Notes: generated from the sequence alone by a model not told the origin. Positions 1-13,176 are shown, counted from the first letter of the whole stretch. The stretch is DNA of 63,274 nucleotides, filler included, from Cercozoa sp. M6MM (GCA_040357565.1; 11 parts of 11 records of this genome joined end to end with filler, not necessarily neighbours in it); one strand, 5' to 3'. Translations and numbers: made by a program.

Positions 1-28
1 GGGATAAATATAGAAAGACAAATACGCC

Positions 29-1114
29 TCATCGGGAGTGTCTGCGTCGCTGTTGCCTTGCGCTGCGTCTGCAGGGGGGGGGGGGGGAAGAGGGGTGGGG
101 AGTAAGAGGGGGGGGGGGGGGGGAAAGTACCAACTTGGCTGCAAGAGCGTCGCGATCGCGAGCGACCTTTTCGAGTGTGGCCGCCTGCGTCTGCAGCTGC
201 ATGATTAGGTGGCCCTCCTGACTCATGTACTTGCTCACTTGCTCCTGTTCCAAGGTAGGGATAGAGGTGAGGTGTAGAGGGTAGGGGTAGGGGTAGAAGG
301 CAGAGATAGGCAGAGGGCAGGAGTAGGCAGAGGGTGGGGGGGGGGGGGTAAAGTAGCACCTTGGCGTGCTGCAGCTGCTGCTCTGCGTCGGCAAGTCGCT
401 GCTGAAGCTGCTGAAGCTGCTGCTGCGACTGCTGCGATTGGTCACTCACTTGCGCACGTGCCTCACTCAGTTCATGGGTCGCCTCGTCCAACTGAGCGCG
501 TGTCTGTGTCAACTGGGCCTGGTACTTACTCAGCTGACTCTGGTACTGCGTCACACTGTCACACGCAGGGATGTGGGATGGGGGGGGGGGGGGAAAGGAT
601 GCTAACTGAACCTACCGAGCAGCAGCTTCATCAGCCACCTGCTGCGCCTTTCGATCGGTGTCTGCTATCCTTCTCTGTACACGAGGGGCTAAAGAGGTAG
701 GAGGGGGCTAAAGAGCGACACGCACCTCCAGTTCGTTGATGTGCCGCAGTGCCTCGTCACGCTCGGTGGACACCTGACTCTGCACACACGCACGTGGGTC
801 ACCCAGTCACATCCCATGTGGTCACCCAGTCACCCATGTGGTCACCCAATCACCAAAGGTACCAGCTGCTGCTGCCGATCAGAGTGCGCACTTCGCAGCT
901 GCTGTCTCATCTTGTCCTGACGGGGATGAGTAAGGGACGGGTAAAAGGGGGAGGGGCTACGGGGGGTATGAGAGGCACCTGCTGCTGCTGGAGCTGCCGC
1001 AGGTGCTGCTGCAGTCGCTGCAGGAGCGCCAGGTGCTCGTCGGACTCGCTGCGACCCTGATGAGCCACGAGGTCCAAATCCAGCAAGTCGCGCAGCGACT
1101 TGTCAGCACCTACA

Positions 1115-1146
<32 letters not shown>

Positions 1147-1346
1147 GTACATAGATATAGATTTAGATATATAGGGTTTATTATATACAAATACACATGT
1201 GTGGATATAGATATAGATACAGAGATATAAAAGGTATAAGGTATGCACCCGGAATGACACTGATGTCGTGCAGGTTATCGAGCATGGCCTATGCAGACGC
1301 ACCCTTAAACATCACTGGTTATACGAGGAGAGACAGACAGACAGAT

Positions 1347-1400
<54 letters not shown>

Positions 1401-1724
1401 GCTTGCACCGAGATCGACATGTTGAGCGAGTCCAACTCGCTGCGTTTTGCTTCCTTTTGCGCCTTCTCCTGTCGCACCTCCTGCGCAGCTCTCACATACT
1501 TCCGCGCGGACAACACAAAGAGCGAAAAGAAACCCACCCGTCGCAGTGCATTCAGTTCGGCGCGATGTGTCGCTTCCACTTCCGCACGGATCTGCTTAAA
1601 AATACCACAAATACAAGACGCAAACACCAAAGACACGAAGTACCTCTCGATCGATGTCGATGCGTGCATTGCGCACCTCCTCGTCGCACTGCACACGCCG
1701 AGGATAACCGAGGAGAGTCAAAGG

Positions 1725-1772
<48 letters not shown>

Positions 1773-1782
1773 NNNNNNNNNN

Positions 1783-1834
<52 letters not shown>

Positions 1835-3762
1835 ACACACACCTCCGCGCGGACGCTCTGCTCGATTTGACGGCGCAGCTGCTCGCGCTGCCGCGCCACC
1901 TCGGTGCGCAACCGCCGCTCGGCATCCGCGCGGATAGCCTGCGTCACTTCCGCGCGGATCTCGTCCTCCACTTCCGCGCGGACCCGATCGGAAACTTCTG
2001 CGCGGACATCGCGCTCCAGCCCGGTGCGAACGCGGTCGGTCACTTCCGCGCGGACGTCGCGTTCTAGCTCCGCGCGGATGCGCGGCGTCAACTCCTCGCG
2101 AATGCGCGGAGTCAGTTCGGCGCACACGCGGTCACGCAGACCGTCGGCGACTTCCGCGCGGACCTGCTCGGTCACCTCGGCGCGTGTCTGCTTAGCGACC
2201 TCCGCGCGGATGCGCTCGGTGGCCTCGGCACGCACTTGTTGGATCACGTCCGCGCGGACACTTTGGGCCACCTCCGTGCGGACACTCTGCACAACTTCCG
2301 CGCGGACACTCTGTGCAACCTCCGCGCGGACGGTCGGCAGCAGACGCTTTTCAAGATCCGCGCGGACGGTAGGTTCGACCTCACGGCGCACCTCCGCGCG
2401 GACAGACGGTGTGACCTCGGCGCGAATGACAGGCAAGAGTTCCGCGCGGACAGACGGCGTGATTTCCGCGCGAACAGAGGGTGTGAGTTCCGCGCGGATG
2501 CTTTTTGCGACGCCAGCGCGGACGGTAGCAGCGAGCTCGCGGCGCAGTTGTGACGTCACTTCAGGACGCAGCTGCGACTTCACTGTGAGGGGTATAAAAG
2601 GTGTAGTGGGGGGGGGGGGGTGGAAGAGGGGCAGAAGGAGTCAAAGCATGTGATACACTGGTCCTCGACGACAGGCCGCAGTTCGCTTCGCAAGGTTTCC
2701 TTGACTACACAGGCGACAGTTAGAGGGATTTGTATCTACTCAAAAAGATGAGGTACCACTGTGTTCGACCTCGCGTCGTACTGCGTCTCGGTCCACCGTC
2801 TGCTCATGGGCGTGTGCAAGGAGTGACATGGGTATAAAAGCCAAGTTACGTAGTGTGCACGTGCACGCAACTCGTCACACTGCGCAGAGACTTCGTCGTA
2901 AGAGACACTCCAGTCGTTGCACTTTTTCTCCCAGTCGTCGGCCTGCTGGCGCAGCTTGTGCAGCTGCTCCTTCAGCTGGGGCACAGCAAAATACAAGAGT
3001 ACCAGTCACACATACGAGAAACGCAACGGTCGAAAGTGATGGGTACGCCATTTATGACGGAGTCGCGTGCAGCCAGTGTGTCTTCGAGGCGGCGACATTT
3101 CTGTTCCGACTGCCTGCGACCACGTGCCTCACTTTCGACAGCGTCGAGTCTGCCCGACATGCATCAGCGTACCGAGGCATTTAAAAAACTACAAAACAAA
3201 CAACTGTACGCATGCTGCGCCTCTTGCTGCGACAGTTCGATCACGTCGTTCTTGACTTTCTCGTGGTGCTGGACTGCGCACATACGAACATATCCCTCTT
3301 ACCATATATATATTTCAACGAACACTGTACCGAGTGCATCGCAGGTTTCTTGCAATTTCGATATCCTTAAGTGAGGCCAGGAAGAAACGAAATCAAAAGG
3401 GTACATTGAAATTAAAGAACAGAGGATACCGTGCCAAGGACGCCTCGCGATCCTGCATTGCCACCAGCAGACATTGCTGCAGTCGCGGCACGCTCGTGAT
3501 GCGCTGCACCTCCGCGGCATCGTGTGGCAGGTGCACACTCATGGTGCGCACACGAGGCCTGCTACAATTGTAAGGTACACAGTATCCCAGAGGGAAGATC
3601 CTGTCTCTGCAGACAGAGAATAGAAAAATGTGTCATTCACAGAAGAGGACATTGATCAATCAACTTGCCACACTGGCCAGATCACAAGCTAAGACACCTT
3701 CAGAACGTATGCTGCTGTTTTGTGCACGCGCAGGGGCGACTCTGCTGTCCAACGCCTGCATG
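29..3762 (-). CDS. Multi-exon coiled-coil protein with long 8-residue [VI]RAE[VL]xxx repeat; start uncertain, 3' end probably beyond window
   Basis: Minus-strand GC-rich exons (LKEQLHKLRQQADDWEKKCNDW, LEQEQVSKYMSQEGHLIMQLQTQ, large repeat exon ~1842-2583) separated by GT-AG introns with CA/AG microsatellites and G-runs. Confidence 0.7.
1845..2581 (-). repeat. Coding tandem repeat, ~24-nt/8-aa unit (VRAEVTPS, VRAEVAQS, IRAEVTQA), roughly 25-30 units
   Basis: Recurrent plus-strand TCCGCGCGGA at ~24-nt spacing; translation in ORF 1552..2583. Confidence 0.9.
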
Positions 3763-3866
3763 ATCCGTAGCGGCTCAGCTCCTGGAATGGGATCCAGAAG
3801 AGATTCTCGCTGACATTAGAAGTCGCTCTGACAGGCGCAGCACTGGTCAACTGCATAGTTGCACTT

Positions 3867-5698
3867 ATGGGCAGCAGCAGGAAGCGAAGCGAGTAAGTTG
3901 GGTCATATCGTTTTTGTTGGAAAATGAAATGCTTGCAACCTGTGTCAGCGGCCATTGGCGCGGTGGCAGCCGCAGCAGCTCGCGCGGCGGTGGACGCAGC
4001 AGCGGGCGCTCACGGCAGTCAGAGCGACCGTCGGAGCATCGACAGTGGGCAGTGGAAGTGCGCGGTTTCTCGGTGAGTTGTGTGATCGCAGTTGCCATTC
4101 TGGTGGGGAGGGCATGCTCGCGGAGTGCAGGGACGAAGCGCGCGCGAGCTGGAGTCGGTGTTTAACAGGAATTGCTCGAGGCAAGGTAAGTCGCCTTTGT
4201 GTTAAAGCATCTTTATGGTCTGCACGTCTGTGTCTGCTGCAGTGCGATTCACAAACAAGCGAACCAAGGGCGACGGCACGCTCGTCTACTCGTTCAGCAA
4301 CGAGTCCGACGCACGTGAGTGGGGTCGACAACAAAACATCACGCTGCACGGACGGCGGATCCAGGTCTCTCTGTTGCCTCCCGGCGGAGGTACTTCGACA
4401 CCTGACCCTTGACAGTTGAGGTGTGACTCACCCTCATACCTCACACCTGGTAGTGTCGAAACTGTCGCCAGAAGACATGCAGAACCTCGCCGGTTTCGTT
4501 CAGGCCCAGTGGTACTTTGCTTTGGATCAAGGAATCAATATAAAGGTCGTGGGAGGGTCGAACATTGTGTGCGTGTGTGTGGACAGGCAGCAAGGCCAGC
4601 AGCAAGGCCTGCTGTCGCTGCAGGGACTGTCTCAGCAGGCGGCCTGGACGTCGTTCCACAACGAGAGTCTCTGCTCCGCGCTGGGACAGCTCCTGCGCAG
4701 CAATGCGCACATGGCCGCACGCCTTACCACTCTAGTATCCTGCCTGTCTGAACAGTCTATTTGCTGTCCGTTCATTTCAGTATCTGTACATGCCATTGTA
4801 GGACCTCAGCAACAATCGAATCGAGCGACTGGACGCACTCAAGAGTGCGCAGCTGCACGTCAATGCGCCCAACCTGGGTTTTACCCCTTCATTTGCTCCC
4901 TCTTAGTCCTCTTACCCCTCTTACCTCCTTGTGCAGTCAACCTCAGTCTGGCCAGCAACAACATCAAAAGTGCTGACGAACTCGCCAAGATGGGCCCTGT
5001 GCGCAAGCAGCTGGTGCCTTGCCCTCTTATTCTTACCGCCCGGGGGGGGCCCTCCCCTCGACGTCCACGCGCACAGAGGGCACTGCTGCTGCAAGGCAAT
5101 CCGTGTCAGACGCAGGCTCGGTGGTCAGTCTCCTCTACATAACAATACTCCCCCCCCGTACAATGTGTGTGTATGTGTGTGCACAGTGTCGAACTCTACC
5201 ACGACTCGGTCTCACGTGCACTCCCAGCACTGCAACAACTGGTACAATATTGTACTGCCTCGAACTAGGTAAAGGGAGCGATGTGTGTATGTGATCAGGA
5301 CGGTGCACCTCTGCGACCGATCATTGCACTGCCGGTGCCTCCTTCACTGAAGGCACAAATGATCGGGTTCTCTGCACCGGTACCTTTCGCACACGTGGCC
5401 ATTGGCGCACGTGATCGCTGGAACACATGGTCACTGGCACACGTGGTCAATGTTGTTGTCACTTGTGGCAGACACCGAAACCGTCATTCTTTGGCGGCAA
5501 CGTCAAGCCAGTGGTGCTGCAGACACTGCAGATGTTCTTCCAACTGTTCGATGGCGACAGAGGTGGCCACTCACCCGTTACTCTCCTCCCACCTATAGTC
5601 ATGTGCCTTTCTTCTCCTGCAGGTCAGTTGCTCGACTGGTACCTCGACTGCTCGTCCTTCTCGCTGACGTGCACGGCCTCGTCCAAGTATACTTTCAA

Positions 5699-5732
<34 letters not shown>

Positions 5733-6897
5733 TATTAGATAGATTAGATATGTTTGCTGGGTGCGAGGACAGGAAGGTGTCCAAGCAGCACATGCACGTG
5801 GAACGCAGCTACGCGCCACTCAACGCCAATGCGCTCAAGGACAGTACCTTGTGTTTCTACTCCTAGTTGGTATGCTATTTTTATGAATGCAAACGCTAGG
5901 CATCATAAAGCAGCTGCACACGCGCGTTTCTCGTGCCCGATTGTACTGGATGTTTACTAAATTTTTGGAGATGTGTTAAGGGGTGTAGTGCCATCATCGA
6001 GGCCATGCGCAAGTTGCCACCCACGAAGCACGACCTCGGGTTCTGCGTGGTGGACGCCATGCCGCTGCCGACGCGGCGACAGGGAACGCTGCTGCAGGTC
6101 GTCGTGCACGGACAATTCATGGAGACCGACGTCAAGTAGGCTGGGCCTTATAGACACACACCCTTCACCCTTCACTCTTCACCCTTCCCCTTCACCCTTC
6201 ACCCTTCACCCTTCCCCTTCATCCTTCACCCTCCACCCTTCGCCCTCCACCCTTCACCACCCTTCACCCTCCACCTTTCACCCTCCGCCTTTCACCCACC
6301 CTCCGCCCTCCACCCTCCGCCCGACCTTGAACTCATCCTACCTGGTGCGACAGAGTGATGAGAGAGTTCTCGCGCGTGCTGCTGCTGGTGTCGGTGAACG
6401 ACCAACCGCGCATTCTGTCGGACCAATTGTAGCCACTCTCTGTGTCTCTGCGCTCGGACTGTCTGCTGAATGCCTGCTCGCTGGCCTGGACAGAAACCTG
6501 GGAGACGCCATGTCGCCAAGTGAGATGCAGGCGCACCCGCTGGCACTGGCATCACCTTCGCCCTTGCTGCAGTCCTTGTACCCTGCTAGCCATTTATTGT
6601 GCCAGTACAACCCACCATACATGTGTACTCTCGGGCAGACAACCCACTGGCCCGACGGCGCCGCCAGCGATGCAGCTGAACCCGCAGCAGCAACAACTCG
6701 TGCAGCAACTGTGCCAGGCCATCCCGAATCTCACCTCGCAGCAGGCCACACAGGTAGCCCTCCTGTGTGCTCCTCCTGTGGACTGTTCCTCGGTCAACTC
6801 ATGCAGCAGTGTTTGTTTGGTTTTTTAGGCACTCACAGTCTGCCAAGGCGACCTAGCTCGTGCCTTTGAGTTCTGTCGGCAGCACCTGCAGTCGTAA
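3867..6897 (+). CDS. NXF1: Nuclear RNA export factor NXF1/TAP/Mex67
   Basis: Spliced order: RG/RS-rich N-term, RRM-like segment, LRRs (LDLSNNRIERL, LSLASNNIKS, LLLQGNP), NTF2-like domain (FFQLFDGDRG-QLLDWY, LPPTKHDL, MREFSRVLLLV), UBA/TAP-C (QQQLVQQLCQ...CQGDLARAFEF), stop TAA at 6895-6897. Confidence 0.88.
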
Positions 6898-7240
6898 CAG
6901 TAAAGACTTGAAGTCGAGCTCGGAAAGTGAGTGAGGGCGGAACTGAAAATAATTTCACTGCGACAGTATCAATTGTGTCATCGACTTTTGCTGAACATGA
7001 ATACGCACCGCACAGCTCGTTTCTTTCACACGACACTCGGCAAATTGCAAACAACCACTGATCTTGATCGGCATTTTTGCCCTTGAGTGTTTATGATCGG
7101 TGCGGAAAGTGATCATCTTATTCTTCACCAAAAAAACTACATTACTCCCCCAAAATATTCTTTAAATTTATTTTGTACAAACGACGTGCATAAAACCAAA
7201 TAGTCATACGCAAGGTGCCCCGGTGGATTGTCAGACTGTC

Positions 7241-10200
7241 ATGTCACTTTGTATATCTTCTATGCTGAGAGTTTTGGGATACTGGGCAAAATTGAAGGAA
7301 TTGCTTTGGCACCATCCACTGCTTTGGATTAGCGCATACCATTTGATCCTCTTCGCTGCTTAGTGAATGCGTCTGAAATCGACTTTAGCGGGTTCACTCG
7401 CGATCTACCGCAGCAGGTGTGTTCTACTCTTCTGGCGGCAGTCTGTGTGGATGTATGTAGCTCTCGTGTTCAACACAGCCCATAAACCCGGTGCGCGATG
7501 AGATCGTCTTTCAGCAAGTACATCAGAGCTACCACCTCGAAGTGATCTAAACTCACAACTACCTAAACAGATCACTGCTGACTACCACACGGCCGAGACT
7601 CCTACTTCTCGAGGTAAAATTACATCCGTGTTGGAATGAGACCTGTATGTACTGATCCATGTTGAAGGTGTGCAACTGCCTGTCGTGCGTCTTTTTGGTC
7701 TGACTGAAGAAGTACGCTCATCCGTTCACTTGCTTTGACCCTTAATCTTTTTTTTTAACCTTTTAGGGCCGTAGCCTCCTGGTTCATGTGCACGGTTTCC
7801 GTCCGTACTTTTACGCGTCGGTGCCGTCGCAGAGTGACGAGTCGCTGGATGCCAAGGTGTTACTTGGTCAGTTTTGCCCTTAGTGTGATCATCGCCTGTT
7901 GTTTCTTTTGACAGATGGCCGAGGTGCTGGACCGGCAACTCAAACTGAGCAACGTGGGACGCAAACTGACCTACTCGAAACTCATCACCAAGGTCGAACG
8001 CAAGAAGTGTCAAACGATGTGTGTTCTTTCTCTGTCCCTTCCCTCCTTCATTCCTTCCTTCCTTCCTTCCTTCCTTCCTTCCTCCCCTCCCCCTTAGTCT
8101 ATGGTGTGTGTGTGTCCGTGCTTGTGTCCCTTGTAGGTACGGCTATCAGCCCGACACGGAGGGCAAGGACTACCTGCGTATCAGCACTGTTGTGCCCGAA
8201 CTGGTGGCCACGGCGCGCCGCATTCTGCAGTCCGACGGACTGCACATCGAGGGCAGGTACATACATGCTCGTATTTACCCCCCTCCCCCCACCCCTTTAC
8301 CTCCTTGCTTATCCCTTGTTATACAGACACGTGGGGTTTGAAGTATTCGAGTGCAATATTCCCTACGCACTGCGCTACATGGTCGACAAGTAAGTTTGAC
8401 ACATGCCCCTCCTTACCCCTTTACCCCCCCCCCCTGATCAGGGACATTGTTGGTGGCGGCTGGTGCAGTCTGCCGGCTGGAAGGTACTTTGTCCAATCGT
8501 GTCCTTCATGATACCANNNNNNNNNNNNNNNNNNNNNNNNNNNNNNNNNNNNNNNNNNNNNNNNNNNNNNNNNNNNNNNNNNNNNNNNNNNNNNNNNNNN
8601 NNNNNNNNNNNNNNNNGTACGGGCAACGGCGCGCTCAGGGGATTCCGAAGATGCCGCAATATGAACCCTGCTCCTCCCCCCCCCTTCACCCTTTCCCCCC
8701 CCCCCCCCCTTTGGACAGGCGCTGCACAAGCGCATGTGGAGTCATGAAGCACGCTCGGTGAAGAAAACGCCCGGCGAACTCACGGCCATCTCGCGGTAGC
8801 CTTACCCACCCACCCCTGTACCTTACTCCCTATACCCCTTTTTGAAGGTGCCAGCTGGAGGTGGATATCATGTGGCACGACCTCGTGTCGCACACTGTTC
8901 CAATCAGTGAGGTCGAGCAGTCTGAGTCGGTACCACTGGCACGTGTGTGACTGAGAGTGACCACAAGGGTAATGACTGAGTCACTATGATGCACGCGTGC
9001 GCAGCAAGGCACAACTCTGGCCGAGGCAGAGCGATGGATGAAACTGGCGCCGCAGATGCGCGTGCTGTCCTTCGACATCGAGTGTCTCTCGCAGGACGGC
9101 GGCTTCCCGCAGCCTCGCAAGGACCCGGTCATCCAGGTGCTTTACCCCCTTTTCCCCCTTTTTACCCCCCCCCCCCTTGCCCCTATCTTACTCCCCTATA
9201 CACCGATACCCCCTGTTACCCCCCTCGTCAGATCGCCTGCGTGATGTCGCCGGTGAACAAACTGGGCGATACTGGTGCGGCCACGCAGGTGGTGTTCACA
9301 CTAGGCACGTGTGCCAGTATTCCGGCCGCTGCTGTCTACTGCTTCGACCGCGAGGAGGAACTGGTTTTACCCCCCTCTGTTTACCCCCCCCCTGTTTAAC
9401 CCCCTGTTTACCCCTTCCCTCCGGTGCAGTTGAAGGCGTTTGCGAAATTTGTATGCGCCGTGGATCCCGACTTGCTGACGTAGGCTTCAGCTTTAACCCC
9501 CCCCCCCCCCTCCTTTACCCCCCCCCCATGTGCTTGTGCAGAGGCTACAACATCAACAACTTTGACTGGCCGTATTTGATCGACCGCGCGGCTGCACTCA
9601 AGTATGTGTGACCACTTAGTGTGACCACTTGTCTGTGTGTGACCACTTTTGACACGTGTGCGCAGACTGCACGACTTTGCGTTCGCCATGCCGCGCATCA
9701 TCAGTCAGGTAGGAGGGTCTTTACCCCCCTGTTTATTCTCCTTGCCCTCTTCTTACCCCCTCTATCCCCTGGCACAGGCGATGTCGTACAAGGACACGCG
9801 TTTCCAGTCGAGTGGACTCGGCAACTACGAGACCAAGCAGGTGGATTTACCCCCTTTTACCCCCTTGACCCCTTGACCCCTCCCCAAGTAGGTGACGATG
9901 GCCGGTCGCGTGCAGTTCGACGCGTTTCTCGCCATCACACGTACACTTGGATGATCGCTCTGAATGACCACTTTGAATAACCACTCTGAATGATCACTCG
10001 GAATGATCACTCTGGGTGACCACGTGGCTGTATGTGCAGGTGACTACAAGCTGCACAGCTACTCGCTCAACAGCGTGGCGCAGCACTTCCTCAAACAGTC
10101 CAAGGACGACGTGCACTACTCTCAAATGGCCGAGTTGCAGGTGTTTACCCCCTTCCCTACCCCCCCCCCCCCGCGCCCCCGTGGTCCCCCCCCCCCCCGA

Positions 10201-12506
10201 CAGGCGGGAGATGCGTCGTCGCGCTGCCGATTGGCGCGTTACTGTAGCTTCACTTTACTGCCCTTTACCCCTTTACCCCTTACCTTCGCTTTACTCCCTA
10301 CCCCTTTACCCCCCAACAGGTCTTAAGGACGCGCTGCTGCCGATTCAGTTGCTGCACAAGGTAGTTTTCTTTTTCGTATTTGTGCATGTCAGTGTGGAAG
10401 GTCTATCGTGTGTTTGTCAGTTGATGTACATTGTGAACTACGTCGAGATGGCACGTGTCACTGGTGCTTGCTGTCTCTTAGCTCCCTCTTTACCCCCCTC
10501 TCCCTATCCTCCTCCTTACCTCCCTCCGTTTACCCCCTCCGTTTACCCCCCTCCCGTCAGGCGTGCCAATCTCGTACCTGCTGGAGCGCGGACAGCAGAT
10601 CAAAGTGACGTCGCAGCTTTTGCGCAAGGGCCGGCAGAAGCGGCCGTTTCTCATCATGCCGTACCGAGCCAGGCAGGCCAATGCGACGTCCTACGAGGGT
10701 GCCACTGTGTTCGAACCACTCAGTGGCTTCTACGCCGAGCCAGTGACGACGCTCGACTTTGCCTCCTTGTACCCGTCCATCATGATGGCGCACAACCTGT
10801 GCTTCACCACGCTGCTCACGGCCAAACAGGTGCTGTCTTACCCCCCCCCCCCCGTTTACCCCCTATTCACCCCCTGTTTGCCCCTATTCACGCCCTGTTT
10901 ACCCCCTGTTTACCCTCGTATTCACGCCCTGTTTACCACGATTACCCCCCTGTTTACCCCAGTTTACCCCCTGATTACCTCTCCCCTCGCAGGTGCGAGA
11001 ACTGAATCTGCGCGAAGGCGAGGACTACACCAAGACACCCGAAAACTGCTACTTTGCCACGCAGTCGTAATTGTTTTTTCCTGGTATATTCTGGTGTCCG
11101 CGCGGACGTATTCGTGTGTTCGTGGTCAGGACCAAGCCGGGTCTGCTGCCGGAGGTGCTGTCGGAACTCCTGTCTGCGCGACGCCGTGCCAAGAAGGTTT
11201 TACTCCCCCGACCACCTTAGCCCGAGCCCCGTTTAACCCCCCCCCCGAGCAGGATATGAAGGCAGCCACCGATCCTCTTGCCAAGGCGGTGTTGAATGGT
11301 CGTCAGTTGGCTCTCAAGATCTCGGCCAACTCGGTGTATGGCTACACTGGTACCCCCTCCCGTTACTCGATACCCCTCCTTNNNNNNNNNNNNNNNNNNN
11401 NNNNNNNNNNNNNNNNNNNNNNNNNNNNNNNNNNNNNNNNNNNNNNNNNNNNNNNNNNNNNNNNNNNNNNNNNNNNNNNNNCTAGACATCTCTGCGTCCA
11501 TCACGGGGTACGAACCCGACCCCTCTCTCTTACCGCTTCCTTTTCCCCCCCCCCCCCCGTGCAGTTTCGGTCGCGAGATGATCGAGCAGACGAAGCGCGC
11601 CGTCGAGGAAAAGTACTGTCAGACCAATGGGTACAGTTTCTTTTTGTGCTGCCCATTTGTACCGTCCCAAAATGTACCGTCCCTTTGTACGACGACACAG
11701 GTACCCGTTCGACGCACAGGTGGTGTACGGCGACACGGATTCGGTCATGGTCAAGTTCGGCTACAAGGACGTCGAGAAGAGCATGCAGGTTGGTCGCGAG
11801 GCGGTACACCCTGTCCATATGGACTGTCCAATCCGCCTCCTGTTCAATTGGACTGTCTCAGGTCCAACCCGGACCTTGAACTGACTCTTCCTTTATGTGT
11901 ATGACAGGCCGAGTTCGTGACGAAGCTTTTTAAACAGCCGATCAAACTCGAGTTCGAAAAGGTCTACTTCCCCTTCCTGCTGGTAGGCTTTAGTCTTTTC
12001 ATCCCCATTCATCCCCATACCCCCCATACACTCTTTACCCTCTTGACCCCTGACTAGTTCGCACGCAAGCGATACGCGGCGATGCTGTACAGCAAGTCGC
12101 ATGAGAAGCCTGACTACATGGTACTACAGTTATACCCCATATCCGCTTGCCCCCTACCGCACTTACCCCTTTACTCCCTACCCCTTTACCGCCACCCAGG
12201 ACTGCAAGGGTATCGAGGTTGTGCGACGTGACAACTGTGCTCTTGTGCGTGACGTCATGCAGGTAGATTCGGCTCTTTATTCGTGTGGTTGATTTGTGTG
12301 GTCCATTTGTACGAGGCAGTATTATTAAGGCTACGATATTACTGTACAGACCGTGCTGGACAAGATCCTGATCGAGCGCGACGTCGACGGTGCCGTGACC
12401 TACACGCAGTCGCAGATCAAACTGCTGCTGACCAATCGCATCGACTTGTCGAAACTCGTCTTGTCCAAGTCGCTGCAGAAACAGAGCGGCACCGAGTCCT
12501 CCTACA

Positions 12507-12508
<2 letters not shown>
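7241..12508 (+). CDS. POLD1: DNA polymerase delta catalytic subunit, >30 introns, 3' end broken by assembly; start approximate
   Basis: [21 protein letters not shown]; ExoI SFDIEC, Exo[10 protein letters not shown], ExoIII YCLKD; Pol motifs [38 protein letters not shown]; [11 protein letters not shown]. Confidence 0.97.
10830..10992 (+). repeat. Intronic (C)nTGTTTA / TTTACCCC minisatellite, representative of many introns
   Basis: Tandem CCCTGTTTACC units; same motif at 9364-9420, 19475-19565 (reverse), 34525-34586 (reverse), 60720-60830. Confidence 0.9.
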
Positions 12509-12562
<54 letters not shown>

Positions 12563-12662
12563 NNNNNNNNNNNNNNNNNNNNNNNNNNNNNNNNNNNNNN
12601 NNNNNNNNNNNNNNNNNNNNNNNNNNNNNNNNNNNNNNNNNNNNNNNNNNNNNNNNNNNNNN

Positions 12663-12856
12663 ATAGGCCGGCGTGTTCTTGTTGCCTCGCCGCACGTAGA
12701 CGAACTGGATGCGTTCACCAGCCTGGGGGGGGGGGGGGGGGTAAAGGGAGGGGTAAAGGGAGGATAGGGCGAGGGGTAAAGACAAGCTACCTTGGGTGCG
12801 TTGGACGGGTCGCGTTTCGCCAGTTTCATCGCCAGCACCGAATGCGGAGTCTTGGA
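12663..12856 (-). CDS. POLD1: Next two POLD1 exons, in inverted orientation
   Basis: Minus strand gives SKTPHSVLAMKLAKRDPSNAPK|AGERIQFVYV, the Pol delta H..LA....KRD...AP..G.R...V segment that follows LVLSKSL...YK. Confidence 0.9.
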
Positions 12857-12884
12857 CTGTTGGGAGTAAGGGGGTAAGGGGTAA

Positions 12885-12962
<78 letters not shown>

Positions 12963-12974
12963 TGTAGGAGGACT

Positions 12975-13095
12975 CGGTGCCGTGACCTACACGCAGTCGC
13001 AGATCAAACTGCTGCTGACCAATCGCATCGACTTGTCGAAACTCGTCTTGTCCAAGTCGCTGCAGAAACAGAGCGGCACCGAGTCCTCCTACAAG
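12975..13095 (+). other. Exact duplicate of POLD1 exon segment 12388-12508 (fold-back junction)
   Basis: Identical 121-nt sequence; preceded by the reverse complement of the exon end, the two sharing CGGTGCCG at 12975-12982. Confidence 0.92.
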
Positions 13096-13164
13096 GTGTG
13101 TGTGTGTGTGTGTGTGTGTGNNNNNNNNNNNNNNNNNNNNNNNNNNNNNNNNNNNNNNNNNNNN

Positions 13165-13176
13165 TTAATTAATTAA
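13165..13176. other. Artificial scaffold linker TTAATTAATTAA flanked by N44; also at 19848, 23618, 34341, 41275, 45572, 51096, 53185, 60876, 62120
   Basis: Same palindromic 12-mer with stops in all six frames, in identical N padding, ten times; genes are truncated at these points. Confidence 0.99.

Noticed and set aside
1904-2653. Long antisense ORFs here and at 51701-52630
   Set aside because: Shadow frames of GC3-rich coding sequence on the other strand.
4735-4801. Possible U12 intron (GTATCCTG) in NXF1
   Set aside because: Only a partial RTATCCTTT match and no CCTTAAC near the acceptor.
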